A DNA stretch of 33,135 nucleotides from an uncultured euryarchaeote (GTDB taxonomy: Archaea > Thermoplasmatota > Poseidoniia > Poseidoniales > Thalassarchaeaceae), in contig CAKZRH010000082.1 of NCBI GenBank assembly GCA_937144695.1, positions 1 through 33,135 of the forward strand, given 5' to 3'. A program made the translations under genes and the position numbers. How positions within the stretch are numbered: position 1 is the stretch's first letter; each line of letters begins with the position of its first letter. Shown piece by piece: positions 14,082-22,649 of this stretch. A model generated the notes under the pieces. That model saw only the letters and a list, made by a program, of their open reading frames with translations, ran no database searches and was not told the DNA's origin.

Positions 14082-17000
14082 ATGAGCGTGGATGAGCCGG
14101 ATGATGAAATAATCCGTAAGAAAGAATTTAAGCGCTCATTTGAAATTAATTTTGAAGGATTGGAAAGTAGAGAAAGCAGTAAAGTCAATGAAAATAGAAA
14201 TGAAAATGATGATGCTTTAGGGGAAGTTTTTGACTTATTTGGAGAATCTAATAATAAAACTCCTGGAAAAATTAATCCTGATGGTAGTGTACCTTTAGAG
14301 CCTGATAGAGATTTGATTTCCGATATTTCCATTGAAGGTGAGAAAAAGGTAAATTGGGCTCTAATGGTATCAATGATCTTTGTTTACAGTGCCATCAGTA
14401 TACTCGTAGGAACAAATTTTGAAGCACTTCCAGGAACTATATCGCTGATATTTCTGGCAATGCTGGGTTTTGGTCTTGGAGAAATGTGGGTCCCGAAAGA
14501 AAGGATGGAATTACTTGGAGTTACATGGATTATAATTTCTATGAAAGTCTTGTATGGTTTGGCATTAGAACTTAGGCAATGGGAAGTAATTGATAGTGAT
14601 CCTGCTTTAGGACTTGTATTATTATCATTGGTTGGAGTTAATATTGCTGTTTCCTACAGGTATAATCACGATGCAATTGCTGCACAGGCCACTCTAGTTC
14701 TATTAGCAATTGGATCGACTACTGGTTCAGTTTTAGACGAAGTGGGTATAGCTGTAATGATTTTTCTTGCTACATTACTATTGCATGGATTAGCTATACA
14801 TAGAAAATCAGGAAATTTGGCCTCTCTGGGTATTGCTGCATCTAATATCTGGATTGGTATGCATGCTATTACATCGGGGTTTGAAATTGGTCAGCTAAGG
14901 GTTCTGCCATTAGATTCTCCTCTTCTTCTATTTCTTTTATTGATGATGATTACTATACTAAATGCAACAATGGCAACTTTATTTGCGAAAAATGAAAACT
15001 GGTTTTCCAGTGCATTCATAGTACTAGGTTTAGCTAAACCTGGTCTTTGGGGAGTCTCTATTTCATTGGGAATGATAGGGGCACTGATGGCTGTTGCAGC
15101 AAATAGAGATGATCTTGGATATGCATTGGGGATGGTTACATTTCTCGGTGGTGCTTTTGGAGGTTCATATCTAGTAGTGAGGGGAGTGAGCTGGAAGAGA
15201 GTAACAAGACCTTTGATTTCTGGGGCTTTACTACTAACGATTTTTTTATTGGTAGCTGAAAAAGATTCAGATTACTATGGATTTTCAATTTATGAAATAT
15301 TTACTATTATAGGATTCATATTAACATCAATAGTTTTACTTAGAGATCAAAATAGTGTGTCTGATAGGGTATTATGGGTTGGATCTGTAACGATCTTAAT
15401 TTTACTAGTACTATTAGTACCAAGTGAGTTATCAGAAAATGGTGGAGATGGCGGAATATTATTACTATCTCTACTATCTATTCTGCACATTGGTACGGCC
15501 ATATTGGCGATAACTAGGGATTCGCCTTCACTTTCAGGAATCACTGTTTTACTACCATGGAGTTGGATTTTATTCGAAGAAATAATTCAACAAACAATCG
15601 ATACCATTTATTTGGCGAATGATTTTGATGGACTAGTCTCGATAGTTGATTTAGACTTTATTCCTTTACTGGTATACCTAGTTATCTCAAGTTTACTATT
15701 GTTTATTGTTAATTTGAAGGCTGGAGAGACAGGAATTAATTTAGCTTCCAGATTCATGGGAATTACAGAGATTTCATCTTCAATAAGAGATTCAAAAATC
15801 TTACAATTATGGAATCTTGGGCTTTGGTTGCCACTATTTACAATAATAGTTTTAGCTCAATTTGATGGATTTACAGCGATTACAATTCTAATCATTATTG
15901 CTGTAATTTCGGGACTACATATTTTGGCGAAATTACTTGATGTTCATTCTGGTAAAAATAGTCAGATAATGATAATTCTAGCATTATTTTTGTCAATAAT
16001 TAATTGGAAATACGGTCTTGATGAAATAATCCTTGGAATATTGTTCCTTTCTGTACTTCCCATATTAGTCACAGAAGAAGATGAGAATATTTTCACTTTA
16101 GGAATGAGTTTCATGTCCATTCCACTTCTAATTTCTATATCTGGAAGAGAAGTAAATAGTCAACTATTGAATAATGAATTGATTCCTACAATTGGTTTGG
16201 ATCTAGTGGCAATATTTTGTTCTTCATCCATAATCCTAATCTTCCTAAAGAAAGCGGAAGGAATGGAAAAAATTCTGAAGCCTACTCTGGGATGTTTGAT
16301 ATTATTAATTTCTACTATAATAATTAGTTATGAAGGAGGTAGAGATATCATTCAAGCATTATCAATATTTTTGTTCATTGGCAGTTCAGTATGGTTGATT
16401 TCTAGAGGAGAGATAAGAGCAGAAATTAAAGTAATTTCTAGAAGAAATGCCATCATTAGTTCGATTAACTCTGGTGAAATTGGAATGAGTGAAAACTATC
16501 TAGAAAATAACTTAGGAAAGGTAGAAACTTTTAATCCTAAATTAGCCGAATTAAATGAATTAAGAAAGAAGAAAAGAGAGAAAGCTGATACAGATGATTT
16601 GGCTGAACTAATGACTACGGAAGTAAGTCATCAACCTTTGGTTGGTACAGTATTATTGATTCTAGTGACTTTTGTTACTGCACTATTTGGAATTTTTAAC
16701 GGTGCAAATCAAGATATTTGGCCATTGATTCTAATACTATCTGGTAGTTTTTCTAGCGTGATTGTCCTGCTAATTAGAAATCGAACAAAGGGACTAGAAT
16801 TAGAGCTACCTCATTTTCTTGGTATAGAAATGCCGATTGCAATCGCTATAGGTGGACTGTCAGTATCAATTCTTTCTGCTCACGTTCTTTCTCCGGGAAG
16901 TAGTAACAGTGAATTACTAGATTTATTAGTAGGAATTGTATTCTTAGTTCTACTATCTATAGTTTCAATTATGAATCATAAAAATATTTTGGAAAGAATA

Positions 17001-17825
17001 TCCATAGCATGCGATTGGATAGTTTTTCCCCTTCTTATGATTCGAGTTTGTGGAGCATTGGTAGGAGAAGCATTGCCTATGCCTTTCACTATTAATCCCA
17101 CCGAGGGAGACATACTTAACTGGATTTTTCCTTTGATTTTTATTGAAGCCATTTTGATTTTATGTATTATTGTAAGTTTGTGGGCAAATGAAATGAAAGT
17201 AAATACAGAAGGAACAAAATCAAATGATCAAAGAATGATGATTCTGAGGACTTTAGCAATAGTAGTAATTTCATTCGGAGTAGCTAGTTGTCTAGCGGCA
17301 ATCACATCTGTAGTCAATAGCTGGAGATTTCAGAAACCTGAGATGGCTGGATTTGGAATCCCATCATTTATTTTGGGGATAATTGGATTAAGTAATTGGT
17401 TAGAAGGATTATCAAACCTTATTCCTGAGTTAATTTTACTCATTGGTTTAATTCTAATCATTTTTTGCTCACTAACGATTCCTTTCAGGACGCAAGAATG
17501 GTCTTTCACACTTGCAATTGATGGACATATTCTGATAATTACTGGATTATTTGCATTAGGACTAATTGGTGATATATTCGTACCATTGGCGTTTATAGGG
17601 ATGTCCAGTATTGTTTGGATTATAGGTATTTTACAATTGAGAAGAATTTTTAGGATTTGGGGATTACTGGACTTAGTATTAGGAATAATTTTTGCCGTGA
17701 TTTTCTCTTTCCAAGACATATCTAATTCCGTCAATTTACTGATAGTTCTAAGCGCAATTGCTTTTGAATTAGGAATAATTTCATGGCTAAGTTCTTCAAA
17801 CCAAGAACAGTTGATTGCTGATTAA
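14082..17825 (+). CDS. Very large polytopic membrane protein (about 1247 aa, roughly three dozen hydrophobic helices) of unknown function
   Basis: ORF 13998..17825, whose first codon is TTG. The first ATG at 14082 gives MSVDEPDDEIIRKKEF..., an acidic soluble N-terminal region of about 90 aa. I counted about 25 hydrophobic segments, then a charged linker (KLAELNELRKKKREKADTDDLAELMTTE), then about 12 more. I recognise no catalytic motif. Confidence 0.8.
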   Translation: MSVDEPDDEIIRKKEFKRSFEINFEGLESRESSKVNENRNENDDALGEVFDLFGESNNKTPGKINPDGSVPLEPDRDLISDISIEGEKKVNWALMVSMIFVYSAISILVGTNFEALPGTISLIFLAMLGFGLGEMWVPKERMELLGVTWIIISMKVLYGLALELRQWEVIDSDPALGLVLLSLVGVNIAVSYRYNHDAIAAQATLVLLAIGSTTGSVLDEVGIAVMIFLATLLLHGLAIHRKSGNLASLGIAASNIWIGMHAITSGFEIGQLRVLPLDSPLLLFLLLMMITILNATMATLFAKNENWFSSAFIVLGLAKPGLWGVSISLGMIGALMAVAANRDDLGYALGMVTFLGGAFGGSYLVVRGVSWKRVTRPLISGALLLTIFLLVAEKDSDYYGFSIYEIFTIIGFILTSIVLLRDQNSVSDRVLWVGSVTILILLVLLVPSELSENGGDGGILLLSLLSILHIGTAILAITRDSPSLSGITVLLPWSWILFEEIIQQTIDTIYLANDFDGLVSIVDLDFIPLLVYLVISSLLLFIVNLKAGETGINLASRFMGITEISSSIRDSKILQLWNLGLWLPLFTIIVLAQFDGFTAITILIIIAVISGLHILAKLLDVHSGKNSQIMIILALFLSIINWKYGLDEIILGILFLSVLPILVTEEDENIFTLGMSFMSIPLLISISGREVNSQLLNNELIPTIGLDLVAIFCSSSIILIFLKKAEGMEKILKPTLGCLILLISTIIISYEGGRDIIQALSIFLFIGSSVWLISRGEIRAEIKVISRRNAIISSINSGEIGMSENYLENNLGKVETFNPKLAELNELRKKKREKADTDDLAELMTTEVSHQPLVGTVLLILVTFVTALFGIFNGANQDIWPLILILSGSFSSVIVLLIRNRTKGLELELPHFLGIEMPIAIAIGGLSVSILSAHVLSPGSSNSELLDLLVGIVFLVLLSIVSIMNHKNILERISIACDWIVFPLLMIRVCGALVGEALPMPFTINPTEGDILNWIFPLIFIEAILILCIIVSLWANEMKVNTEGTKSNDQRMMILRTLAIVVISFGVASCLAAITSVVNSWRFQKPEMAGFGIPSFILGIIGLSNWLEGLSNLIPELILLIGLILIIFCSLTIPFRTQEWSFTLAIDGHILIITGLFALGLIGDIFVPLAFIGMSSIVWIIGILQLRRIFRIWGLLDLVLGIIFAVIFSFQDISNSVNLLIVLSAIAFELGIISWLSSSNQEQLIAD

Positions 17826-17859
17826 ACACAAAAAAACATAACAAATAGTGCCAACCTTG

Positions 17860-18855
17860 ATGAAATATGCCATTACAAGTATAATCGTGACAAGGTCGTG
17901 GATTTCTGATACACCTGATGAAGTTGAGCATCCGCCAATTCCATTGGGACTTAATGAGATGACTGTTCCTAGGTTGACAATTATTCTATCTATTTCCACA
18001 TTATTCCTATTAATATCCTCTTCAGTGTGGTTGGCACTATCTGCATTTTCCTTCCTAGAAGATTTAGAGGAAACATTTGGTTCTAATGAAATTGAATTGC
18101 TGGAAATGGAAGGTAGGTGGGTATGGGAAGTGGATTTACTATTTGATACATGTATGCCTAGGGATGGTTTATGGAGTTGGCCTTCCAATCTCAATCTTTC
18201 TGATCAAGATGATGTTTTCCTTTACCCGGGAGAATTGGAGTGTGACTGGGAGCACCAAGGCCAAGGTGATCGGGCTAGTGTTGTAGTTTACAATAGAGGA
18301 GATACGGACTTAGATTTGTTATTGGAAATTAATGGAGAGGGAGTTATTTTCATGGAATCTGGAGAGAATAACCTGATTATTAATCAGCTTGGTTCCAATG
18401 AGAGTGAATTTTTAGAGATATTATTGCAAGAAGACATTGATGATAGAGGAATAAGTATCATCGCTTCTCACACATCAGTAATGCAAGCAGAAGTTCGACT
18501 TGATGTACAAATATTTAGGGGATCTCAGGAAAGAGATGTTCACATTAGTGACTCTGATTCTGTAGAGGTTGAATATACAGTCTGGAATGCAGATACTGGA
18601 GAAGAATTAGATAGCGGCACTTGGATAGAGTCTGCTGGAGAGTCAATGTGGTCAATAGAAGGATTTGGATGGTCTATAATTGGTCTTGATATAGATAATG
18701 ACAGAGGTAGTGGGATGCCAGTAATTGATACTGGAACATCACATATTACTCTATTACCGCCACCTATTGGGTATGGAAATAGTGAAGGTCATGAGTTACA
18801 ACATGCATGGCTAAGGTTTGAGCTCAAGCTCGAAAGGGCATTGGCAGCTGATTAG
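17860..18855 (+). CDS. Membrane-anchored protein with a divergent FKBP-type peptidyl-prolyl isomerase-like C-terminal domain
   Basis: ORF 17848..18855 opens with GTG. ATG candidates are at 17860 and 17959; the latter gives MTVPRLTIILSISTLFLLISSSVWLALSAFSF, a typical signal anchor. The C-terminus VEVEYTVWNADTGEELDSGTW...IEGFGWSIIGL...SHITLLPPPIGYGNSEGHELQHAWLRFELKLE parallels the FKBP pattern V-x-V-x-Y-x-G...G-x-x-F-D-S...I-x-G-W...L-x-I-P-P-x-x-x-Y-G...A-x-L-x-F-x-V-E-L. The ORF is solid, but the family call is tentative. Confidence 0.55.
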   Translation: MKYAITSIIVTRSWISDTPDEVEHPPIPLGLNEMTVPRLTIILSISTLFLLISSSVWLALSAFSFLEDLEETFGSNEIELLEMEGRWVWEVDLLFDTCMPRDGLWSWPSNLNLSDQDDVFLYPGELECDWEHQGQGDRASVVVYNRGDTDLDLLLEINGEGVIFMESGENNLIINQLGSNESEFLEILLQEDIDDRGISIIASHTSVMQAEVRLDVQIFRGSQERDVHISDSDSVEVEYTVWNADTGEELDSGTWIESAGESMWSIEGFGWSIIGLDIDNDRGSGMPVIDTGTSHITLLPPPIGYGNSEGHELQHAWLRFELKLERALAAD

Positions 18856-18873
18856 TAGTAATGGGGTCATAAT

Positions 18874-20172
18874 ATGGAAGAAAATACACATCAGGGCATA
18901 ATACCATCAAAAAAGATTGTAAATAAAATTAAAAAAAGGAAATCGATTGAAATCGTAAAAGGAGATCCTCAATTCTACATGAATGAAGATATCAAAAGAC
19001 TTTCTACGCCTTGGTCAATTGCAACAACTAGAGCTAAACAGATAGATGTAGGAAAACTACCACCTGGAGTAATACTCGATCCAGCTGCCGGTTCAGGAGT
19101 TCAATTATTGGCATATTCTAAAGAGTTGAAAAGACCGTCATTAGGTATAGAGTTGGAAAAGGATGTTGCTGAAGTATGTGCGGCAAATATGGAAATAAAT
19201 TCTGAAGAAGGAGTTCATAGATCATTAGATAGGGTATTGATTGGAGATGGAACTGATGCTGAAAATGCTGTTACTTCATACTGGTCTAGTTTGAGAGAAA
19301 ACGGGAATAAAGCTCAACCACCAATTGCTATGTTACATCTAGATCCTGCTAGACCGAGAGATGCTCAGAATCATAGTATTGAAGAAATGAAGCCAGATAT
19401 TAGGTTAATTCTAAAGAATTGGAGTAAGTTTCTACAGAAAGGTCCGAAAGGTCCCGCAGTCATTCTCGACTTATCACCAAGATTAGATTCTATTCAGAGA
19501 GCTGCGGTTGATGGGATTTTAGAAACTAGCTTTCCCGGATCTCCAAGGACTTGGGAATGGCTTAGTCAAGGTGGTGGCAGGGTTGATAGATTATCTGTTT
19601 GGTTAGGAGCTATTTCTTCTAATCAAGATAGGCGGTGCATTAGAATGGGGAGAAAGAGGATAATCTCTATGATAGAAGGTTCTGCAGATGAAGTACCGAA
19701 TATAATTTCTTTCAATAAACCGCCTGATTTTGGAGCTTGGATTTCAATTGTAGATCCTACAATATTTCACAGTGGCCTTCACGATGTTTGGCTAAAGAAT
19801 GCAGTAACCCCAGAAACTGGTTGTAATTGGATTAGAACCGAGGGAAGAAGGCCTTTACTAATTCATACCGATCCTTTAAGGGATGTTGATGAGGTTCAGG
19901 GATTCGTCGTGGCTTCAGGAAAGATAATTCAGCATAGGTTGACTCCACCTGAAATTCATACAATTGATCTAGTAGCTGACTCTGTCAGTGGGAAAGGAAT
20001 TGGAAAGATTACACTAAGGTGTAGTCTGAATCCAGAAATTCATCCAACTTTACAAAGAAGGCTCGATAAAGCCCTTAAAGAGAAAAAGGGAGATAGGGCT
20101 TTTATGGTTGACATGGAAATTTTCAGAGGCGGACAAAAGCAAGATTTATTCGTAGTTTGTGTAGAAAGGTGA
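18874..20172 (+). CDS. Class I SAM-dependent methyltransferase, probably with a THUMP-like C-terminal domain (putative RNA methyltransferase)
   Basis: ATG at 18874. It has motif I VILDPAAGSGVQLLAY, an acidic motif II-like GIELEKD, and a post-motif LHLDPARPRD like the DPARR box of THUMP-like-domain methyltransferases. The C-terminal half of about 170 aa is colinear with that architecture, from memory. Confidence 0.6.
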   Translation: MEENTHQGIIPSKKIVNKIKKRKSIEIVKGDPQFYMNEDIKRLSTPWSIATTRAKQIDVGKLPPGVILDPAAGSGVQLLAYSKELKRPSLGIELEKDVAEVCAANMEINSEEGVHRSLDRVLIGDGTDAENAVTSYWSSLRENGNKAQPPIAMLHLDPARPRDAQNHSIEEMKPDIRLILKNWSKFLQKGPKGPAVILDLSPRLDSIQRAAVDGILETSFPGSPRTWEWLSQGGGRVDRLSVWLGAISSNQDRRCIRMGRKRIISMIEGSADEVPNIISFNKPPDFGAWISIVDPTIFHSGLHDVWLKNAVTPETGCNWIRTEGRRPLLIHTDPLRDVDEVQGFVVASGKIIQHRLTPPEIHTIDLVADSVSGKGIGKITLRCSLNPEIHPTLQRRLDKALKEKKGDRAFMVDMEIFRGGQKQDLFVVCVER

Positions 20173-20182
20173 GGATTCGATG

Positions 20183-20188
20183 TTTTTT
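20183..20188 (+). terminator. Candidate oligo-T terminator after the methyltransferase gene
   Basis: A T6 tract (gaTGTTTTTTGt) lies 11 nt after the stop at 20172. Confidence 0.3.
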
Positions 20189-20200
20189 GTCTTCCGTTCG

Positions 20201-20212
20201 TTTCAAATATGA
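20201..20212 (+). promoter_or_regulatory. Candidate TATA-like element for the ribosomal protein / rpoD operon
   Basis: tttcaaatatga lies 60-70 nt upstream of the rps13 ATG and is followed by a comparatively GC-rich leader. Weak match only. Confidence 0.25.
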
Positions 20213-20271
20213 ATGGTAGGTCGCGACATTGCCCATAGGGCCACCAAATGGTGAACACGGGGGAACCGTAA

Positions 20272-20739
20272 ATGGCAAAAATTAATGAAGCAGAGCTTGG
20301 AGATGATTTTTCATATATCCTTAGGATAGCAGATAGCGACATAGATGGGTTAAAACCTATAATTCATGGATTAACATCGGTCAAAGGAATAGGTGTGAGG
20401 ACCTCAATGTTGATTTGCGATATGGCAGAAATTGATGGTTACAAATTAGGTGGGCATTTGAGTAATGATGAGCAAGAGAGTATCAGGAAAACCATTGATG
20501 AATTTGCAACAAAGGTTCCTTGGTGGTTAGTTAACAGGCAAAGAGATTTGGAAACGAATGAAGATGCGCACATAATCGCAACTGAGGTAAAATTGACTAA
20601 AGATGATGATGTTGCTAGATTGGCAGAGATGAAAACATATCGAGGAATGAGGCATAGAACAGGACACAAAGTTAGGGGTCAGAGGCTTAGGGCCAACGGC
20701 CGAAGAGGTACTGCGCTTGGCGTTCAGAGGAAGAAGTGA
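20272..20739 (+). CDS. rps13: 30S ribosomal protein S13 (uS13)
   Basis: MAKINEAELGDDFSYILRIADSDIDGLKPIIHGLTSVKGIGVRTS... and the C-terminal RGMRHRTGHKVRGQRLRANGRRG are typical of archaeal S13. Confidence 0.95.
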   Translation: MAKINEAELGDDFSYILRIADSDIDGLKPIIHGLTSVKGIGVRTSMLICDMAEIDGYKLGGHLSNDEQESIRKTIDEFATKVPWWLVNRQRDLETNEDAHIIATEVKLTKDDDVARLAEMKTYRGMRHRTGHKVRGQRLRANGRRGTALGVQRKK

Positions 20740-20744
20740 GGTGA
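20738..20744 (+). promoter_or_regulatory. Shine-Dalgarno GAGGTGA overlapping the rps13 stop codon (tGAGGTGA-N4-ATG)
   Basis: The stop TGA at 20737-20739 is embedded in the GAGGTGA at 20738-20744, and the rps4 ATG is at 20749. Confidence 0.7.
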
Positions 20745-20748
20745 TTAA

Positions 20749-21339
20749 ATGGGTGAACCAAAATTTTCTAGGCCTAAGACCCAGACTCCAACACATCCAT
20801 GGAAGCAAGCGAGGATAGAAGAAGAGCACGCGCTGAAAGAAAAATATGGACTGAAGAAGGTTGGTGGAATGAGGGAGATTTGGAGAGAAAAATCTGCACT
20901 GAGGAAACATAGAAATCAGGCAATGAAGCTTATTGGTAGAGTTGATGCATCAGAAGGTCATTATGCTAAAGAAAAAGAGCAATTTTTACAATCTCTTTAT
21001 TCCAAGGGACTATTAGTTTCGGGTGCAGGAATTGGAGATGTATTGGAAATCAATGTAGAACACATGCTTTCAAGAAGATTGCAATCTGTTGTCTATTTCA
21101 GAGGTTTAGCACCTTCAATGAGAGCAGCAAGAAATCTAATAATTCATGGCCACATTTCTATTGGTAATCAGAGGATGACTGTCCCGGGATACCATATATT
21201 GAAAGAAGAGGAAGAAGGTTTACAATATAGCCAAAATTCTCCATTTTCTGAGCCTGATCATCCATTTAGACAAAATCTAGAGCAAGTTCGAAATATAGAA
21301 GAAGAGATTGACGAAGATACAGAGGAAGGTGTTGAATGA
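20749..21339 (+). CDS. rps4: 30S ribosomal protein S4 (uS4), archaeal type
   Basis: MGEPKFSRPKTQTPTHPWKQARIEEEHALKEKYGLKK...REIWR matches the archaeal S4 N-terminus. An S4 RNA-binding domain is present (ARNLIIHGHISIGNQRMTVPGY), and the C-terminal tail is acidic. Confidence 0.95.
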   Translation: MGEPKFSRPKTQTPTHPWKQARIEEEHALKEKYGLKKVGGMREIWREKSALRKHRNQAMKLIGRVDASEGHYAKEKEQFLQSLYSKGLLVSGAGIGDVLEINVEHMLSRRLQSVVYFRGLAPSMRAARNLIIHGHISIGNQRMTVPGYHILKEEEEGLQYSQNSPFSEPDHPFRQNLEQVRNIEEEIDEDTEEGVE

Positions 21340-21340
21340 T

Positions 21341-21721
21341 ATGGGTCATAAGGCAATTTTACATATTTTTAGTACATTTAATAACGTTTTGATTACGGCT
21401 ACAGATCTTACTGGAGCTGAAACAATTTGTAAGGTATCAGGAGGAATGGTCACCAAAGGCGGTAGTGATTCTGGTGGACAATTTGCAGCTACAAGAGCTG
21501 CAGAAAGAGTAGCTGAAATGCTTTCAGAAAAAGATTTTGATCAAGTCATAGTAAAGTACAGAGGTGCTGGTGGAAATAGATCTTACAGTGCTCCGGGTGC
21601 TACTGCAGCAATTAGAGCATTGACAAGGGCTGGTATGAAGATAACAAGAATTGAAGATGTTACACCAATGCCTACAGATGGAACAAAAAGTAAAGGTGGT
21701 CGACGTGGTCGACGAGTTTGA
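21341..21721 (+). CDS. rps11: 30S ribosomal protein S11 (uS11)
   Basis: The ORF opens at 21308, but ATG 21341 (MGHKAILHIFSTFNNVLITATDLTGAE...) fits the S11 N-terminus. That ATG sits 1 nt after the rps4 stop, with GGAAGGTG upstream. Confidence 0.93.
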   Translation: MGHKAILHIFSTFNNVLITATDLTGAETICKVSGGMVTKGGSDSGGQFAATRAAERVAEMLSEKDFDQVIVKYRGAGGNRSYSAPGATAAIRALTRAGMKITRIEDVTPMPTDGTKSKGGRRGRRV

Positions 21722-21726
21722 GGTGA
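21720..21726 (+). promoter_or_regulatory. Shine-Dalgarno GAGGTGA overlapping the rps11 stop codon (tGAGGTGA-N4-ATG)
   Basis: The stop TGA at 21719-21721 is embedded in the GAGGTGA at 21720-21726, and the rpoD ATG is at 21731. This is the same configuration as at 20738. Confidence 0.7.
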
Positions 21727-21730
21727 AAAA

Positions 21731-22618
21731 ATGGTAAAGATTGAGGTCCTTAGTGAAACAGAAGAAAGAATGAAACTATTATTCAAAGAAACTGATCGAA
21801 GTTTTATGAATGCACTTCGACGAACATTGCTTTCAGAAGTTCCAAAAATGGCGATAGATAGTGTAAGATTTCAACTGGGAACAAAAGAGCAAGATGATGA
21901 GATTTGGGAGACTACCGGCCCTATTCCTGATGAAATGATTGCTCAGAGATTAGCAATGGTACCAATTCCAACAAAATTTGATAGATTTCATTTTCAAAAT
22001 TTATGTCCCAATTGTGCTAACCTTGTTGAAGAGGATCGAGGGTGTTTAGAATGCCAAATGATTTACACATGCGTTGTTTTTGGAACTGAAGAAGGTACAT
22101 GGGTAACTGCTGGAGACTTGAAATATCTAGGTGAAGAATCATTAGAAATAGGAGATGAATACAAAAAGATTCCAATCACTAAGTTGATGAAAGGACAGAT
22201 GATTGAATTTTATGCTACAGCTGTAATGGGCAGAGGAAAAGATCATGTAAAATGGTCCCCAGTGTGTGGAATATCATTCAATCCCAGAAAAAAAGCTATT
22301 CTTAAAAATAAATCCAAAGCTAAAATTCTCTGGGATATGGACTTAACAATTACATCAAAAGACTTCGGAAAAGAAAAGATTCTTGAGGATGTTGAAAAGG
22401 TTACAAAGTTAATAGAAGAAATGAATCATGTAGGTGCAGGTACCGAAGAGTCTCGAGAATTCAATGATGCAATTGTTTTAGAAGAATATCCGGGAGAATT
22501 TATTCTATCTTTTGAAACAGACGGCTCGATGTCGACTAGAGTTGCATTCACTAAAGCAATAGAAGAATTGAATAAGAAATTTAAAGCTTTGAATGAAGAT
22601 TTCTCTGCTGTACTTTAA
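21731..22618 (+). CDS. rpoD: DNA-directed RNA polymerase subunit D (Rpo3)
   Basis: MVKIEVLSETEERMKLLFKETDRSFMNALRRTLLSEVPKMAIDSVRF is a typical archaeal subunit D / Rpb3-like N-terminus. It sits after S13-S4-S11, as in archaeal genomes. Confidence 0.92.
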   Translation: MVKIEVLSETEERMKLLFKETDRSFMNALRRTLLSEVPKMAIDSVRFQLGTKEQDDEIWETTGPIPDEMIAQRLAMVPIPTKFDRFHFQNLCPNCANLVEEDRGCLECQMIYTCVVFGTEEGTWVTAGDLKYLGEESLEIGDEYKKIPITKLMKGQMIEFYATAVMGRGKDHVKWSPVCGISFNPRKKAILKNKSKAKILWDMDLTITSKDFGKEKILEDVEKVTKLIEEMNHVGAGTEESREFNDAIVLEEYPGEFILSFETDGSMSTRVAFTKAIEELNKKFKALNEDFSAVL

Positions 22619-22649
22619 TACAAAAACTCCTTCAGTGGGGTTGAAAATT

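Noticed and set aside
17796-18194. - strand ORF of 132 aa overlapping the end of the membrane gene and the start of the FKBP-like gene. Other - strand ORFs also lie inside the + strand genes (14063..14332, 15347..15544, 17330..17734, 17731..17931).
   Set aside because: There are no motifs, the ORFs are antisense to long well-supported + strand genes, and their composition is typical of shadow frames.
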